Of a DNA stretch of 64,000 nucleotides, positions 30,939 to 41,436 are shown in pieces; position 1 is the first letter of the stretch; the number at the start of each line of letters is the position of its first letter. A program made the position numbers and the translations under genes. Origin of the DNA: an uncultured Gemmatimonadales bacterium (GTDB taxonomy: Bacteria > Gemmatimonadota > Gemmatimonadetes > Gemmatimonadales > GWC2-71-9); NCBI GenBank assembly GCA_963773095.1, contig CAVYZY010000008.1, forward strand, positions 86,246 to 150,245, in the 5' to 3' direction. The notes beneath the pieces were generated by a model. That model was not told the DNA's origin and ran no database searches. It saw nothing but the letters and a program-made list of their open reading frames with translations.

Positions 30939-31369
30939 CGGGACCACGCGATTGGGATAAGGACCTCGCGGCCGTCGACAAGGCGATCGAGAGCTGGAAG
31001 GCGACCACGCCCGGGACCAGCTCCTCGAGCGCCAAGCCGACCCCCGTCGTCGTCGCCGCGGCGAAGGAACCGCAGAAGGGCGCGATGGCCACGTGGCTCC
31101 GGGTGCTGCTGGTGCTGGCATTCGCGATCGCCGTGCCCTTCTGGCCTTACCCGCGCGCGTGCGGTATCAACCTGTTCCTCTACATGGGCGTGATCAGCCT
31201 GCTGGTCGTGGCCGGCGTCTGGGGAGCTGCCAACAGCTGGGGCCGCCGGCTCGGTAATCCCCACGTTCTCTCGCTGCTCACCGTAGTCTGGGGACTTGCG
31301 CTGCTCGCCGCCGAGGTGCTGCCCCGGATCGGCTACGCGGCGCAGCAGGCGCAGTGGATGTGCCCATAA
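30935..31369 (+). CDS. Small membrane protein
   Basis: Three hydrophobic helices; ATGA overlap with the regulator. Confidence 0.7.
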   Translation: MTGPRDWDKDLAAVDKAIESWKATTPGTSSSSAKPTPVVVAAAKEPQKGAMATWLRVLLVLAFAIAVPFWPYPRACGINLFLYMGVISLLVVAGVWGAANSWGRRLGNPHVLSLLTVVWGLALLAAEVLPRIGYAAQQAQWMCP

Positions 31370-31371
31370 AC

Positions 31372-31422
31372 AGCGGTAAGCGGTGAGCGAGCGGGGCGTC
31401 CCGCTTACTGCTCACCGCTCAC
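31372..31422. repeat. Intergenic inverted heptamer-repeat hairpin
   Basis: GTAAGCG GTGAGCG ... GGGGCGTCC CGCTTAC TGCTCAC CGCTCAC. Confidence 0.7.
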
Positions 31423-31459
31423 GTTCCTGAATCACCTTTCGTCCCCGACATAGTCCTTC

Positions 31460-32953
31460 ATGGCCAAGACCTTCAAGAACTTCATCGCTGGCAAGTGGGT
31501 CGCCCCTTCGACCGGCGATTACTTCGAGAACCGGAACCCCGCCGACACGCGCGACCTGATCGGGCGCTTCCCCGATTCCGGAGCCGCCGACATTGAGGCG
31601 GCGGTGCAGTCCGCCGAGCGCGGCTTCCGCCTGTGGTCGCGCACTCCTGCGCCGGCGCGCGGCGACGTGCTCCGGCGGGTCGGTGACCTCCTGGTGTCAC
31701 GCAAGGAGGAAGTTGCCGACGCCATGACCCGGGAGATGGGCAAGGTGCTCGCGGAGACGCGAGGTGACGTGCAGGAGGGCATCGATACCGCCTTCTACGC
31801 GGCCACCGAGGGCCGCCGGCTCTTCGGCCACACGGTGCCGAGCGAGCTGCCCAGCAAGTGGGCGATGAGCTATCGCCGCCCGATCGGCGTCTGCGGGCTC
31901 ATCACGCCGTTCAACTTTCCGCTGGCGATCCCGACCTGGAAGGCATTCCCGGCGCTGCTGTGCGGCAATTCGGTCATCATCAAGCCGTCGGAAGACGTGC
32001 CGCACACGGTCACCCTCCTGGTTGAGATCCTCCTCGAGGCGGGATTGCCGCCGGAGGTGATCCAGCTGGTGCACGGACGCGGCGAGACCGTCGGCAAGGC
32101 GCTGGTGGAACACCCGGCGGTCGGGGTGATCTCCTTCACCGGCTCCACCGAGACCGGGGCCGCCATCGGCCAGACCTGCGGGCGCATGCACAAGCGGCTG
32201 TCGCTGGAGATGGGCGGGAAGAACGCCATGATCGTCATGGACGACGCCAACCTCGATCTCGCGCTCGAGGGCGTCCTCTGGGGGGCGTTCGGCACCACCG
32301 GGCAGCGCTGCACGGCCACGAGCCGGCTGCTGCTGCATCGCAGGGTCCACGATCGCTTCGTGCGCCGCCTCGCCGACGCGGCGGGCAAGCTGCGCCTTGG
32401 TGATGGACGAAAGGCCGGCACCGAGGTGGGTCCGCTCATCCACGAGGAATCCCGCATGAAGGTGGAGCGGTACGTCGAGATTGGCCGGGATCAGGGCGCC
32501 GAGCTGGTTACGGGCGGCCGCCGGCCCGCTGGCGCGAAGTATGCTCGGGGATTCTTCTATCAGCCGACCATCTTCGCAGGCGTCAAGGCGGGCAGCCGGC
32601 TTGAGCAGGAGGAGATTTTCGGGCCGGTACTCAGCGTGGTGCGCTTCAATTCGTTCGACGAGGCGGTGCGCATCAACAACGGTGTAAGGTATGGGCTGTC
32701 GAGCAGCCTCTACACCCAGGACGTGAACCTGGCGTACCGGGCCATGGTGGAGCTGGACAACGGCATCACTTACATCAACGCTCCCACGATTGGTGCCGAG
32801 GCGCACATGCCGTTCGGCGGCGTGAAGCAGACCGGGAACGGACATCGGGAGGGTGGCTGGGAAGTGTACGAGTTCTATTCAGAAACGAAGGTTTGTTACG
32901 TCGACTACTCGGGCCGGTTGCAGCGTGCCCAGATCGACAACTACGACACCTGA
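31460..32953 (+). CDS. NAD(P)-dependent aldehyde dehydrogenase
   Basis: TPFNFP, FTGS, LEMGGKN, GQRCTA, EEIFGP, PFGGVK. Confidence 0.95.
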   Translation: MAKTFKNFIAGKWVAPSTGDYFENRNPADTRDLIGRFPDSGAADIEAAVQSAERGFRLWSRTPAPARGDVLRRVGDLLVSRKEEVADAMTREMGKVLAETRGDVQEGIDTAFYAATEGRRLFGHTVPSELPSKWAMSYRRPIGVCGLITPFNFPLAIPTWKAFPALLCGNSVIIKPSEDVPHTVTLLVEILLEAGLPPEVIQLVHGRGETVGKALVEHPAVGVISFTGSTETGAAIGQTCGRMHKRLSLEMGGKNAMIVMDDANLDLALEGVLWGAFGTTGQRCTATSRLLLHRRVHDRFVRRLADAAGKLRLGDGRKAGTEVGPLIHEESRMKVERYVEIGRDQGAELVTGGRRPAGAKYARGFFYQPTIFAGVKAGSRLEQEEIFGPVLSVVRFNSFDEAVRINNGVRYGLSSSLYTQDVNLAYRAMVELDNGITYINAPTIGAEAHMPFGGVKQTGNGHREGGWEVYEFYSETKVCYVDYSGRLQRAQIDNYDT

Positions 32954-33059
32954 GATCATGCTCGCGCCCGTTGCGCTGCAGGAGAGGCACGGGTAAGGTT
33001 CGATCGCAACGTGGCAGGCTGTCGCCGCGTTGCACTCTGTCCCAACGAGGGTGAGCTTC

Positions 33060-33932
33060 ATGCGCCCCATGCAGGTCCGTTCCGGCAAGCGCACTTCCTC
33101 TTCTGCAGACGAGGGTTCGCTCGACCTCTACCTGAGGGAAATCAGCCGCTACCCGCTGATTCCGCAGACCGAAGAGGTACGGCTGGCCCAGGGCATTCGC
33201 GTCGGCGATGCGGAGTGCCTCGACAAGCTGGTGCGGAGCAACCTGCGGTTCGTCGTGTCCGTGGCCAAGAAGTACCAGAACCAGGGCGTCTCCCTCTCCG
33301 ACCTGATCAACGAGGGCAACCTCGGCCTCATCCGCGCGGCCCACAAGTTCGACGAGACCAAGGGGATCAAGTTCATCTCCTATGCCGTCTGGTGGATTCG
33401 GCAGGCCATCCTGCAGGCGCTGGCGGAGCAGAGCCGGATCGTGCGCGTGCCGCTCAATCGCGCGGGGACGCTGCACCGCATCGGCAAGCGGTCCTCGATG
33501 CTGCTGCAGGAGCTCGGGCGCGAGCCGACGCCGTCGGAGATCGCCGAGGGGATGGACATCACCATCGAGGAGGTGCAGAAGACGCTGAGCATCTCCCAGA
33601 CCCACCTGTCCCTCGATGCGCCGATCACCCCCGGCGAGGACAACCGGCTCCTCGACTACCTGCCTGACACCCAGAACGGCGGCTCCGACAGCGACACGTT
33701 CGAGCACGCCCTCACCGAGTCGATCGAGGAGGTCCTCGCCACGCTCAAGGAACGTGAGACCAAGATCCTCCGCCTCTATTTCGGTCTCGACGGGCCGGAG
33801 CCCATGACACTGGAGGAGATCGGCAGCCTGCTTGGCATCACGCGGGAACGGGTGCGGCAGATCAAGGAGAAGGCGCTCAGCCGGCTCCGCCACGTCAGCC
33901 GCGCAAGGGCGCTGGAGACCTTCCTGGGCTGA
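33060..33932 (+). CDS. RpoD/SigA-family sigma-70 factor lacking region 1.1
   Basis: LYLREI, NLRFVVSVAKKY, DLINEGNLGL, KFISYAVWWIRQ, TLEEIG..TRERVRQI. Confidence 0.93.
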   Translation: MRPMQVRSGKRTSSSADEGSLDLYLREISRYPLIPQTEEVRLAQGIRVGDAECLDKLVRSNLRFVVSVAKKYQNQGVSLSDLINEGNLGLIRAAHKFDETKGIKFISYAVWWIRQAILQALAEQSRIVRVPLNRAGTLHRIGKRSSMLLQELGREPTPSEIAEGMDITIEEVQKTLSISQTHLSLDAPITPGEDNRLLDYLPDTQNGGSDSDTFEHALTESIEEVLATLKERETKILRLYFGLDGPEPMTLEEIGSLLGITRERVRQIKEKALSRLRHVSRARALETFLG

Positions 33933-35359
33933 ACCGCACGCGCCTGACCCTCGCCGGCCTCCTGGCCATCCTGCTCGCCCTCATCCTCGCGAGCATCCCC
34001 GGTCATCCCATGCAGATCGACGAGCCGTGGCTCGCCGAGCAGAGTTGGTTCCTTGCCCGCGACGGCTACGTCCACAGCAATTTCTTCACCGGAATCGACG
34101 GCGCCGAGCGGTACATCGTCCTCTATCACCGGCTGTTCATCCAGGCGCAGAGCGTGGCCTTCCGCTTCCTGGGCCTCGGGGTCCTGCAGGCGCGCCTCGT
34201 TTCCATCGTCGCCGGTATGGTGCTGTTGGGACTGGTCGTCGTGTATGCGCGGCGCGGACTCGGCTTCAGCACCAACATGACGGTGGCCGCCGTGGCGACC
34301 CTCCTGCTGAACCCGGTCTTCTTCTTGAGCTTCAAGATCGCACGGCCCGAGATGCTCGTGGCCCTGTTCGGATTCGCCAGCGTCGCCGCGACGGGGCAGG
34401 CCACCCACTCCGCACGCTCGGTCCTGTGGGCGGTGGCCGGGGGCCTCCTGGCCGCGTGCGCCATGCTCGCACACCTCTTCGGAGCGATCTTCGTGGGTGC
34501 GGGGTGCCTGGTGCTTCTGGCACGCCGCCGTTTTCCCGAGAGCGCGGCGTTCGCCGCGGCGGCCGTGCTGGCGCTCGTCCCCTACACCCTGGACGCAGCG
34601 CACCACTGGGGGCTGTTCGAGGCCCAGCTCCACGGCAGCACGGCGAGGGCCGTCACGACGTTCTCGCCCGTGAGCCCCCTGCTCAACCTGCTGAACGAGC
34701 ACAAGCGGATCTTCCGCACGCCGCAGATCATCTTCCCGTCCGCGCTGTTCTTCCTGAGCCTCGGCCTGGGCTGGCGCCTCGCCAGTCCACGTGTCCGCTT
34801 TCTGGCCGGGTACACCCTGCTGCTCATGGTGGCGCTCGGCGCCATCGCCGTGCCGAAGCAGGCCCGTTACGCGACATGTCTCGCGCCGCTCGAGACGCTG
34901 GTGGTGGTGGGCATCATGTCGCGCCTGGGCGGGCTCGACCGCTGGCGCCGGCAGGCCCTGCTGGCCGTCGCGGTGATGTTTGCGGCGTCCGGCGCCTGGA
35001 GTGACGGGCGCGATCTGGGAGGGAAGACCAGGCTGGAGCCGCTGCACCGGATCGTGGCGGGCACGATACCCGACGGCGCCTGGTGCCTGACGCCGATGCC
35101 GCTGCTGTTCAACGAGGTCGCCAGGCTCAACCTGGTGTCTACCGTCGCCCTGCGGTCGTCGGTCGGCACGGAGCCGGGTGGAGGCGCCGTGCGGTCGTTC
35201 GTTGCCTCCCGGAGGATCCAGTACGTCGTTGCCATGCACGGAGAACCGAGCGACACCCAGCTCCAGGCGATGGAACCACTGGAACTCACCTCCGAGGGCA
35301 TGACGGACGGAACGGCCTACCGTGTCTTCAAGGTGGTGTACCCCGACGCGGTTCGTTGA
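33929..35359 (+). CDS. ArnT/GT-C (family 39-like) membrane glycosyltransferase
   Basis: TM1 followed by DE motif (QIDEPW), RL.S, ARPE, many TMs; proposed CTG start at 33929 (first ATG is 34010). Confidence 0.75.
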   Translation: MNRTRLTLAGLLAILLALILASIPGHPMQIDEPWLAEQSWFLARDGYVHSNFFTGIDGAERYIVLYHRLFIQAQSVAFRFLGLGVLQARLVSIVAGMVLLGLVVVYARRGLGFSTNMTVAAVATLLLNPVFFLSFKIARPEMLVALFGFASVAATGQATHSARSVLWAVAGGLLAACAMLAHLFGAIFVGAGCLVLLARRRFPESAAFAAAAVLALVPYTLDAAHHWGLFEAQLHGSTARAVTTFSPVSPLLNLLNEHKRIFRTPQIIFPSALFFLSLGLGWRLASPRVRFLAGYTLLLMVALGAIAVPKQARYATCLAPLETLVVVGIMSRLGGLDRWRRQALLAVAVMFAASGAWSDGRDLGGKTRLEPLHRIVAGTIPDGAWCLTPMPLLFNEVARLNLVSTVALRSSVGTEPGGGAVRSFVASRRIQYVVAMHGEPSDTQLQAMEPLELTSEGMTDGTAYRVFKVVYPDAVR

Positions 35360-36425
35360 GCGGGGCAGGCACAACGTCACACGCGTGGTTCCCGGCCAGG
35401 ATCCGGGACACTTGAGCCCATTCGATCAGGAATGCGTCATGCCCATACGGGGATGAAATCTCCTCGTACCGCGCGTTGACGCCCGCCGCCCGGTAGGCGC
35501 TTATCCACTCCCGTACCTCATCTGGATAGTACAGGATGTCGGTGTCGATCCCGACGCCCACGACCTCACCGACGCGCTGACGTGTGCGGGCCCCGGCGAC
35601 GGCGAGGTCCCCGAGGTCGTGCGCGTCCATCGCCGCCATGAGGGCCACGTAGCTTCGCGCGTCGAAGCGCTCCACCAGCTTCTCTCCCTGGCGCCTCAGG
35701 TAGTGCTCCACATCGTAATGCGCGCGGTTCCGGGTGGAAGCGCGCCCGAACCGTTCATCGAACTCGACGCCGGAGCGGTACGTGATCATGGCGATGGCGC
35801 GCGCCGCCGCGAGGCCGTCAACCGGGCCGGCGCCCGGCGCGAAGTGTCCACCCTGCCACCGGCTGTCGGCCTCGATCGCCATGCGCTGTGCGCTGTTCCA
35901 TGCGATGGCCTGCGCGCTGGTGGCCGCCGGGGCGGCGAACACGACGAGCTGGTCGACCGGCACCGGCGACACCGTGCCCCAGGCGAGCGCCACCATGCCG
36001 CCGAGCGATCCGCCGGTGACCAGCGCGAGCCGGTCGACACCGAGGTGTTCGAGCAGGGGCACGTGGACCCGCGCCATGTCCTCCGGCGTGAGGGTGGGGA
36101 AGGGCGTGCCGTTGGTGTCTGCCGGCCCGGTGGAGCCGTAGCAGCTGCCGGGGAGGTTGGCCGCGATGATGGCGTGACGGCTGGTGTCGAGTGGGGCGCC
36201 GGGGCCGAGCAGCGGCCCCCACCACGCATCGACGTCGGGACTGCCGGTGAGGGCGTGGAAGACGAGGATCCACCCGTTCCGCGCCGCGGCGGCAGTGTCC
36301 CCGAAGACGCGGTAGCTGAGCCACGCGTCGCGCAGCACCTCGCCGCGCGAGGTACGGAAATCACCCAGCGAGAGCCGCTCACCCGTTCCGGTGAGCGGCT
36401 GGCCGGGTTCGGTCACGGTGTACAC
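35328..36425 (-). CDS. metX: Homoserine O-acyltransferase MetX
   Basis: HALTG, GSCYGSTGP, GGSLGGM nucleophile, DILY, GHDAFL; GTG start at 36425 or 36416. Confidence 0.92.
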   Translation of the reverse strand: MYTVTEPGQPLTGTGERLSLGDFRTSRGEVLRDAWLSYRVFGDTAAAARNGWILVFHALTGSPDVDAWWGPLLGPGAPLDTSRHAIIAANLPGSCYGSTGPADTNGTPFPTLTPEDMARVHVPLLEHLGVDRLALVTGGSLGGMVALAWGTVSPVPVDQLVVFAAPAATSAQAIAWNSAQRMAIEADSRWQGGHFAPGAGPVDGLAAARAIAMITYRSGVEFDERFGRASTRNRAHYDVEHYLRRQGEKLVERFDARSYVALMAAMDAHDLGDLAVAGARTRQRVGEVVGVGIDTDILYYPDEVREWISAYRAAGVNARYEEISSPYGHDAFLIEWAQVSRILAGNHACDVVPAPLNEPRRGTPP

Positions 36426-36435
36426 TCGGCGCGCA

Positions 36436-36951
36436 TCACGGAACGGCTTCGGCCGCAGGGACCGCCACCTCGGTGATCCGGCCGTTGTGCACGTCATACA
36501 CGAAGCCCCGGACCGGAACGCCCTCCAGGAGCAATGGTGACTCCCGGAGGAAGGCCACGTCATCGGCCACGCTCCGCTCGAGGTCCTCGAACGGCTGGAA
36601 GTCGATGGCCGAGGCGTCGGCACCCAGTTCGGTTCGCACTTTCGCCTGCAGCTGCTCATTGGTGAAGGTGAGCATGCCGCAGTCGGTGTGATGGATCACG
36701 ACGATCTCGCGCGTGCCGAGGAGCTGCTGCGAGATGACCAGCGAGCGGAGCGCGTCGCGTGCCAGGCCGCCGGCATTGCGGATGACGTGGGCGTCGCCCT
36801 CCTCCAGTCCGAGCGCCCGGGACGGAATGAGCCGGGCATCCATGCAGGTGACGATCGCGAGCTTCCGCGCCGGCGGCAGGGGCAGGCTGCCCAGTGTGAA
36901 GCCGGCGGCGTAGCCGGCGTTCGCGTCAATGAGTTCTTCGGTGACAGGCAT
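36436..36951 (-). CDS. Beta-carbonic anhydrase, clade D (Rv1284-like); possible COS hydrolase
   Basis: CMDAR, HVIRNAGG, RSLVISQQLLGT, HHTDCGMLTF, GFVYDV; RBS AGGAGG. Confidence 0.9.
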   Translation of the reverse strand: MPVTEELIDANAGYAAGFTLGSLPLPPARKLAIVTCMDARLIPSRALGLEEGDAHVIRNAGGLARDALRSLVISQQLLGTREIVVIHHTDCGMLTFTNEQLQAKVRTELGADASAIDFQPFEDLERSVADDVAFLRESPLLLEGVPVRGFVYDVHNGRITEVAVPAAEAVP

Positions 36952-36960
36952 CGGATCCTC

Positions 36961-38518
<1,558 letters not shown>

Positions 38519-38541
38519 TGGGGTGGATAAATATTCAGAAT

Positions 38542-38594
38542 GGCGGGGAGGGCGGGGAGGGCGTGAAGATTTCGGCCCGCCCTTCCCGCCTTAC
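38542..38594. repeat. Intergenic inverted nonamer-repeat hairpin
   Basis: GGCGGGGAG GGCGGGGAG GGCGTGAAG ... CCCGCCCTT CCCGCCTTA. Confidence 0.65.
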
Positions 38595-38645
38595 TCCCAG
38601 ACTGGCCCCCGACTTAGACTTACCCAACACCTTTCAACCCGACTC

Positions 38646-39149
38646 ATGGCCACCACAAGCTCCTTCGACATCTCCACCGGCGCCGATCTCCAGGAAGTGG
38701 ACAACGCCGTCAACCAGACGGTGAAGGAGATCACGCAGCGCTACGACTTCAAGGGCACCAAGTGCACCGTCGACTTTGACCGGGAGAAGGCGGAGATCCG
38801 GCTGGCGGCGGACGACCAGTTCCGCATGGACGCGCTGGTGGACGTGCTCCAGACCAAGATGATCAAGCGCGGCGTCCCGGTGAAGAACCTCAAGGTCGGC
38901 GACATCGTGGCCGGCAGTGGTGAGTCGGTGCGCCGCACCGTGACGCTGACCCAGGCGATCGCGCAGGACATCGCGAAGAAGATCACGAAGGCCATCAAGG
39001 ACCAGGGGTTCAAGAAGGTCCAGTCAAGCATCCAGGGCGACGAGGTCAGGGTTTCGAGCCCGTCGCGTGACGAGCTGCAGCTGGTGATGGCATTCCTGCG
39101 AGGCGAGGACTTCGGGATCGAGCTCAAGTTTGGCAATTACCGCGGCTGA
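38646..39149 (+). CDS. yajQ: YajQ family nucleotide (c-di-GMP)-binding protein
   Basis: SFDI...QEVDNAVNQ, RYDFKG, IQGDEVRV, RDELQ, NYR. Confidence 0.93.
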   Translation: MATTSSFDISTGADLQEVDNAVNQTVKEITQRYDFKGTKCTVDFDREKAEIRLAADDQFRMDALVDVLQTKMIKRGVPVKNLKVGDIVAGSGESVRRTVTLTQAIAQDIAKKITKAIKDQGFKKVQSSIQGDEVRVSSPSRDELQLVMAFLRGEDFGIELKFGNYRG

Positions 39150-40395
39150 ACGGCGGGCACTCACCGCGGCGCTGCTGCTGGCGCTCGCCGGGTGCATCCG
39201 CAGCGACGTTTCCGTTCCGGCCGCCCCCTCGGCGGATGGGGGCGCAGGCGTGGAGCCGTCACTCCGCATCGGCCTGGCGGTCGCCGCGGCCTCGCTCGAG
39301 GTCGGCGGCTCCGCCGGCGTCGCGGTCAGCGGCCCCGACCGCGCCCTGATGGCGCGGCTGTCCCCCGGCGGCACGGCACGGGTGACACCGCGCCCTGGCA
39401 AGGTGCTCCTGAGTGGACTTGGTCCCGGCGCGCGAGCGGAGGCAACCACTCTCGTGCTCCGCGCCGAGCCGGGCGGGTTCGTGCGGGTGAACGGTCGCGA
39501 CTATCGCGGAGACGTGGTGCTCCTGCGCGACCGGACGGGCGTGACGGCCATCAATCGCGCCGGCATCGAGGATTATCTCGCCGGCGTTGTGAGCGCGGAG
39601 TCGGGCATCAAGGATCCAGGCGACGTGGAGGCCCTGAGGGCCCAGACGATCGTCGCGCGGACCTACGCGCTGCGGAACGTGGGGCGGCGCGAGGCGGAAG
39701 GCTTCGACCTCTACGCCAGCGTCGAGGACCAGGTGTATGGCGGCGTCGGCGCGGAGACGGCGCTGGGACGCGATGCGGTGGCTATGACCCGTGGGCAGGT
39801 GGTGACGTACCAGGGCGAGCTGATCGATGCGTTCTACTCCTCCACCTGCGGCGGGCGCACGGCGCTTGGCACCGAGATCTTTCTCGGCGCCAACCGGCCC
39901 TACCTCCGCTCCATCAACGATGCGCCCCGGGGTGGTGCGGCGTACTGCAGCATCTCGCCGCGCTTCACATGGCGCGAGGAATGGAGCGGCGAAGTGCTGC
40001 GCGCCACGCTCCGGAAGACGCTGCCGGTCGTGGCCCAGGTACCGGCCATTGAGGCCGAGGGACTCCGGAGTCTCGCCGTTGACGGACGGACCGTGTCGGG
40101 CCGGGTGGCGACGCTGGACATCGTGCTGCGGCAGCGCACCGTCGCGGTGGTTGGACCGCAGGTGCGGCAGGTGCTCCGCCTCCCAGATGGACAGCTACTC
40201 CGCAGCACGCTCTTCACCATGAACACCCGCACTCGGGGTGGGAAGGTCACTGGCATCGTCCTTGATGGCCATGGATCGGGGCACGGGGTGGGCTTGTGCC
40301 AGTGGGGGGCCATCGGTCGGGCCCGCGCAGGTCAGAAGGCGTCGGACATCATCACCGCATACTACGCGGGAACCACCATCGTCCGGCGCTATTGA
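39130..40395 (+). CDS. SpoIID/LytB domain lipoprotein (lytic transglycosylase-like)
   Basis: YRG, EDYLAGVV.AE, EALRAQ.IVARTYA, DQVYGG, SSTCGG, GHGVGLCQWGA. Confidence 0.9.
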   Translation: MAITAAERRALTAALLLALAGCIRSDVSVPAAPSADGGAGVEPSLRIGLAVAAASLEVGGSAGVAVSGPDRALMARLSPGGTARVTPRPGKVLLSGLGPGARAEATTLVLRAEPGGFVRVNGRDYRGDVVLLRDRTGVTAINRAGIEDYLAGVVSAESGIKDPGDVEALRAQTIVARTYALRNVGRREAEGFDLYASVEDQVYGGVGAETALGRDAVAMTRGQVVTYQGELIDAFYSSTCGGRTALGTEIFLGANRPYLRSINDAPRGGAAYCSISPRFTWREEWSGEVLRATLRKTLPVVAQVPAIEAEGLRSLAVDGRTVSGRVATLDIVLRQRTVAVVGPQVRQVLRLPDGQLLRSTLFTMNTRTRGGKVTGIVLDGHGSGHGVGLCQWGAIGRARAGQKASDIITAYYAGTTIVRRY

Positions 40396-40425
40396 GCGGC
40401 GGGCAAGACAGCAAGGGGTGACGTC

Positions 40426-41436
40426 ATGAGCGATCCGCTTCGGCTCGCAATCATCGGCGCGGGCGCCGTGACCCAGGTGGCGCACCTGCCCGTGCTCAAG
40501 CGCACGAAGGGTGTCGAGGTGCTGGCGCTCGCCGATCCCGACCGCCCGAAGGCGCGAGCCCTGGCCGACCGGTTCGGCATTCCCGACGCCTTCGAGGGGA
40601 TCGAGCAGGTGCTCGACTACGAGTTGCTCGATGCGCTCGTCATCTGCTCCCCGACGCACCTGCACGAGGGCCACATCCTGGCGGCCCTCGCCGCCAACCT
40701 GCACGTCTTCTGCGAACGCCCGGTCGCGATGAACGCGGCGTCGGCGCAGCGCATCGTGAAGGCTGCGGAGAAGAAGAACAAGGTCGTCATGGTGGACATG
40801 AACCACCGCTACCGCACCGATGCGCAGCTCGTCCGGAGTTTCGTGCAGAGCGGCGAACTGGGCCAGGTGGACAGCGTACGGGGCAGCTGGCACGTGTTCC
40901 GGCCGAGCCGGCAGCAGGCGCCGTGGCGCCAGCGGCGCGACCAGTCGGGTGGCGGCGCGATCCTTGACCTGGGCCTCGCGATGTTCGACCTCGGCCTGTG
41001 GCTGGCTGGCAACCCCACCCCGGTGCGGGTCAGCGCCACCTGGGAAAAGCCGTCCCGCGACCGCGGCGTCGAGCGGTCGGGCTCCGCCTTCGTGGTGTGC
41101 GACAACGGCGCGTCGATCTTCTTCGATGTCACCTGGCATCACCTGGGCGAGGGGGAGCGCTTCGGGATGGGGCTGCGCGCCGAGCGTGGTGCCGCCTCGA
41201 TCAACCCGCTCACGGTGTGGAAGGAATTGCACGGGGTCGCGACCGACGTGTCGCCTCGGACCTCAGCTACCCGCGAGAATGCGTGGCTCTCGTCGTACCG
41301 CGCGGAGTGGGCCCATTTTCTCGCGGTGGTAGCGGGTGAGGCCAAGGGTCCCAACCTTGCGGAGCACGTCACGCTCCACCGCGTCATGGACGCGATCTAC
41401 AAGTCGGCGGAAGACGGTCGCGACGTGGCGTTGTGA
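40426..41436 (+). CDS. Gfo/Idh/MocA family oxidoreductase
   Basis: GAGAV Rossmann motif, HVFCERP, GGGAILDLG. Confidence 0.88.
   Translation: MSDPLRLAIIGAGAVTQVAHLPVLKRTKGVEVLALADPDRPKARALADRFGIPDAFEGIEQVLDYELLDALVICSPTHLHEGHILAALAANLHVFCERPVAMNAASAQRIVKAAEKKNKVVMVDMNHRYRTDAQLVRSFVQSGELGQVDSVRGSWHVFRPSRQQAPWRQRRDQSGGGAILDLGLAMFDLGLWLAGNPTPVRVSATWEKPSRDRGVERSGSAFVVCDNGASIFFDVTWHHLGEGERFGMGLRAERGAASINPLTVWKELHGVATDVSPRTSATRENAWLSSYRAEWAHFLAVVAGEAKGPNLAEHVTLHRVMDAIYKSAEDGRDVAL

Noticed and set aside
35328-35359. Convergent 32-nt overlap of metX and the glycosyltransferase
   Set aside because: Short tail-to-tail overlaps are common in this compact region
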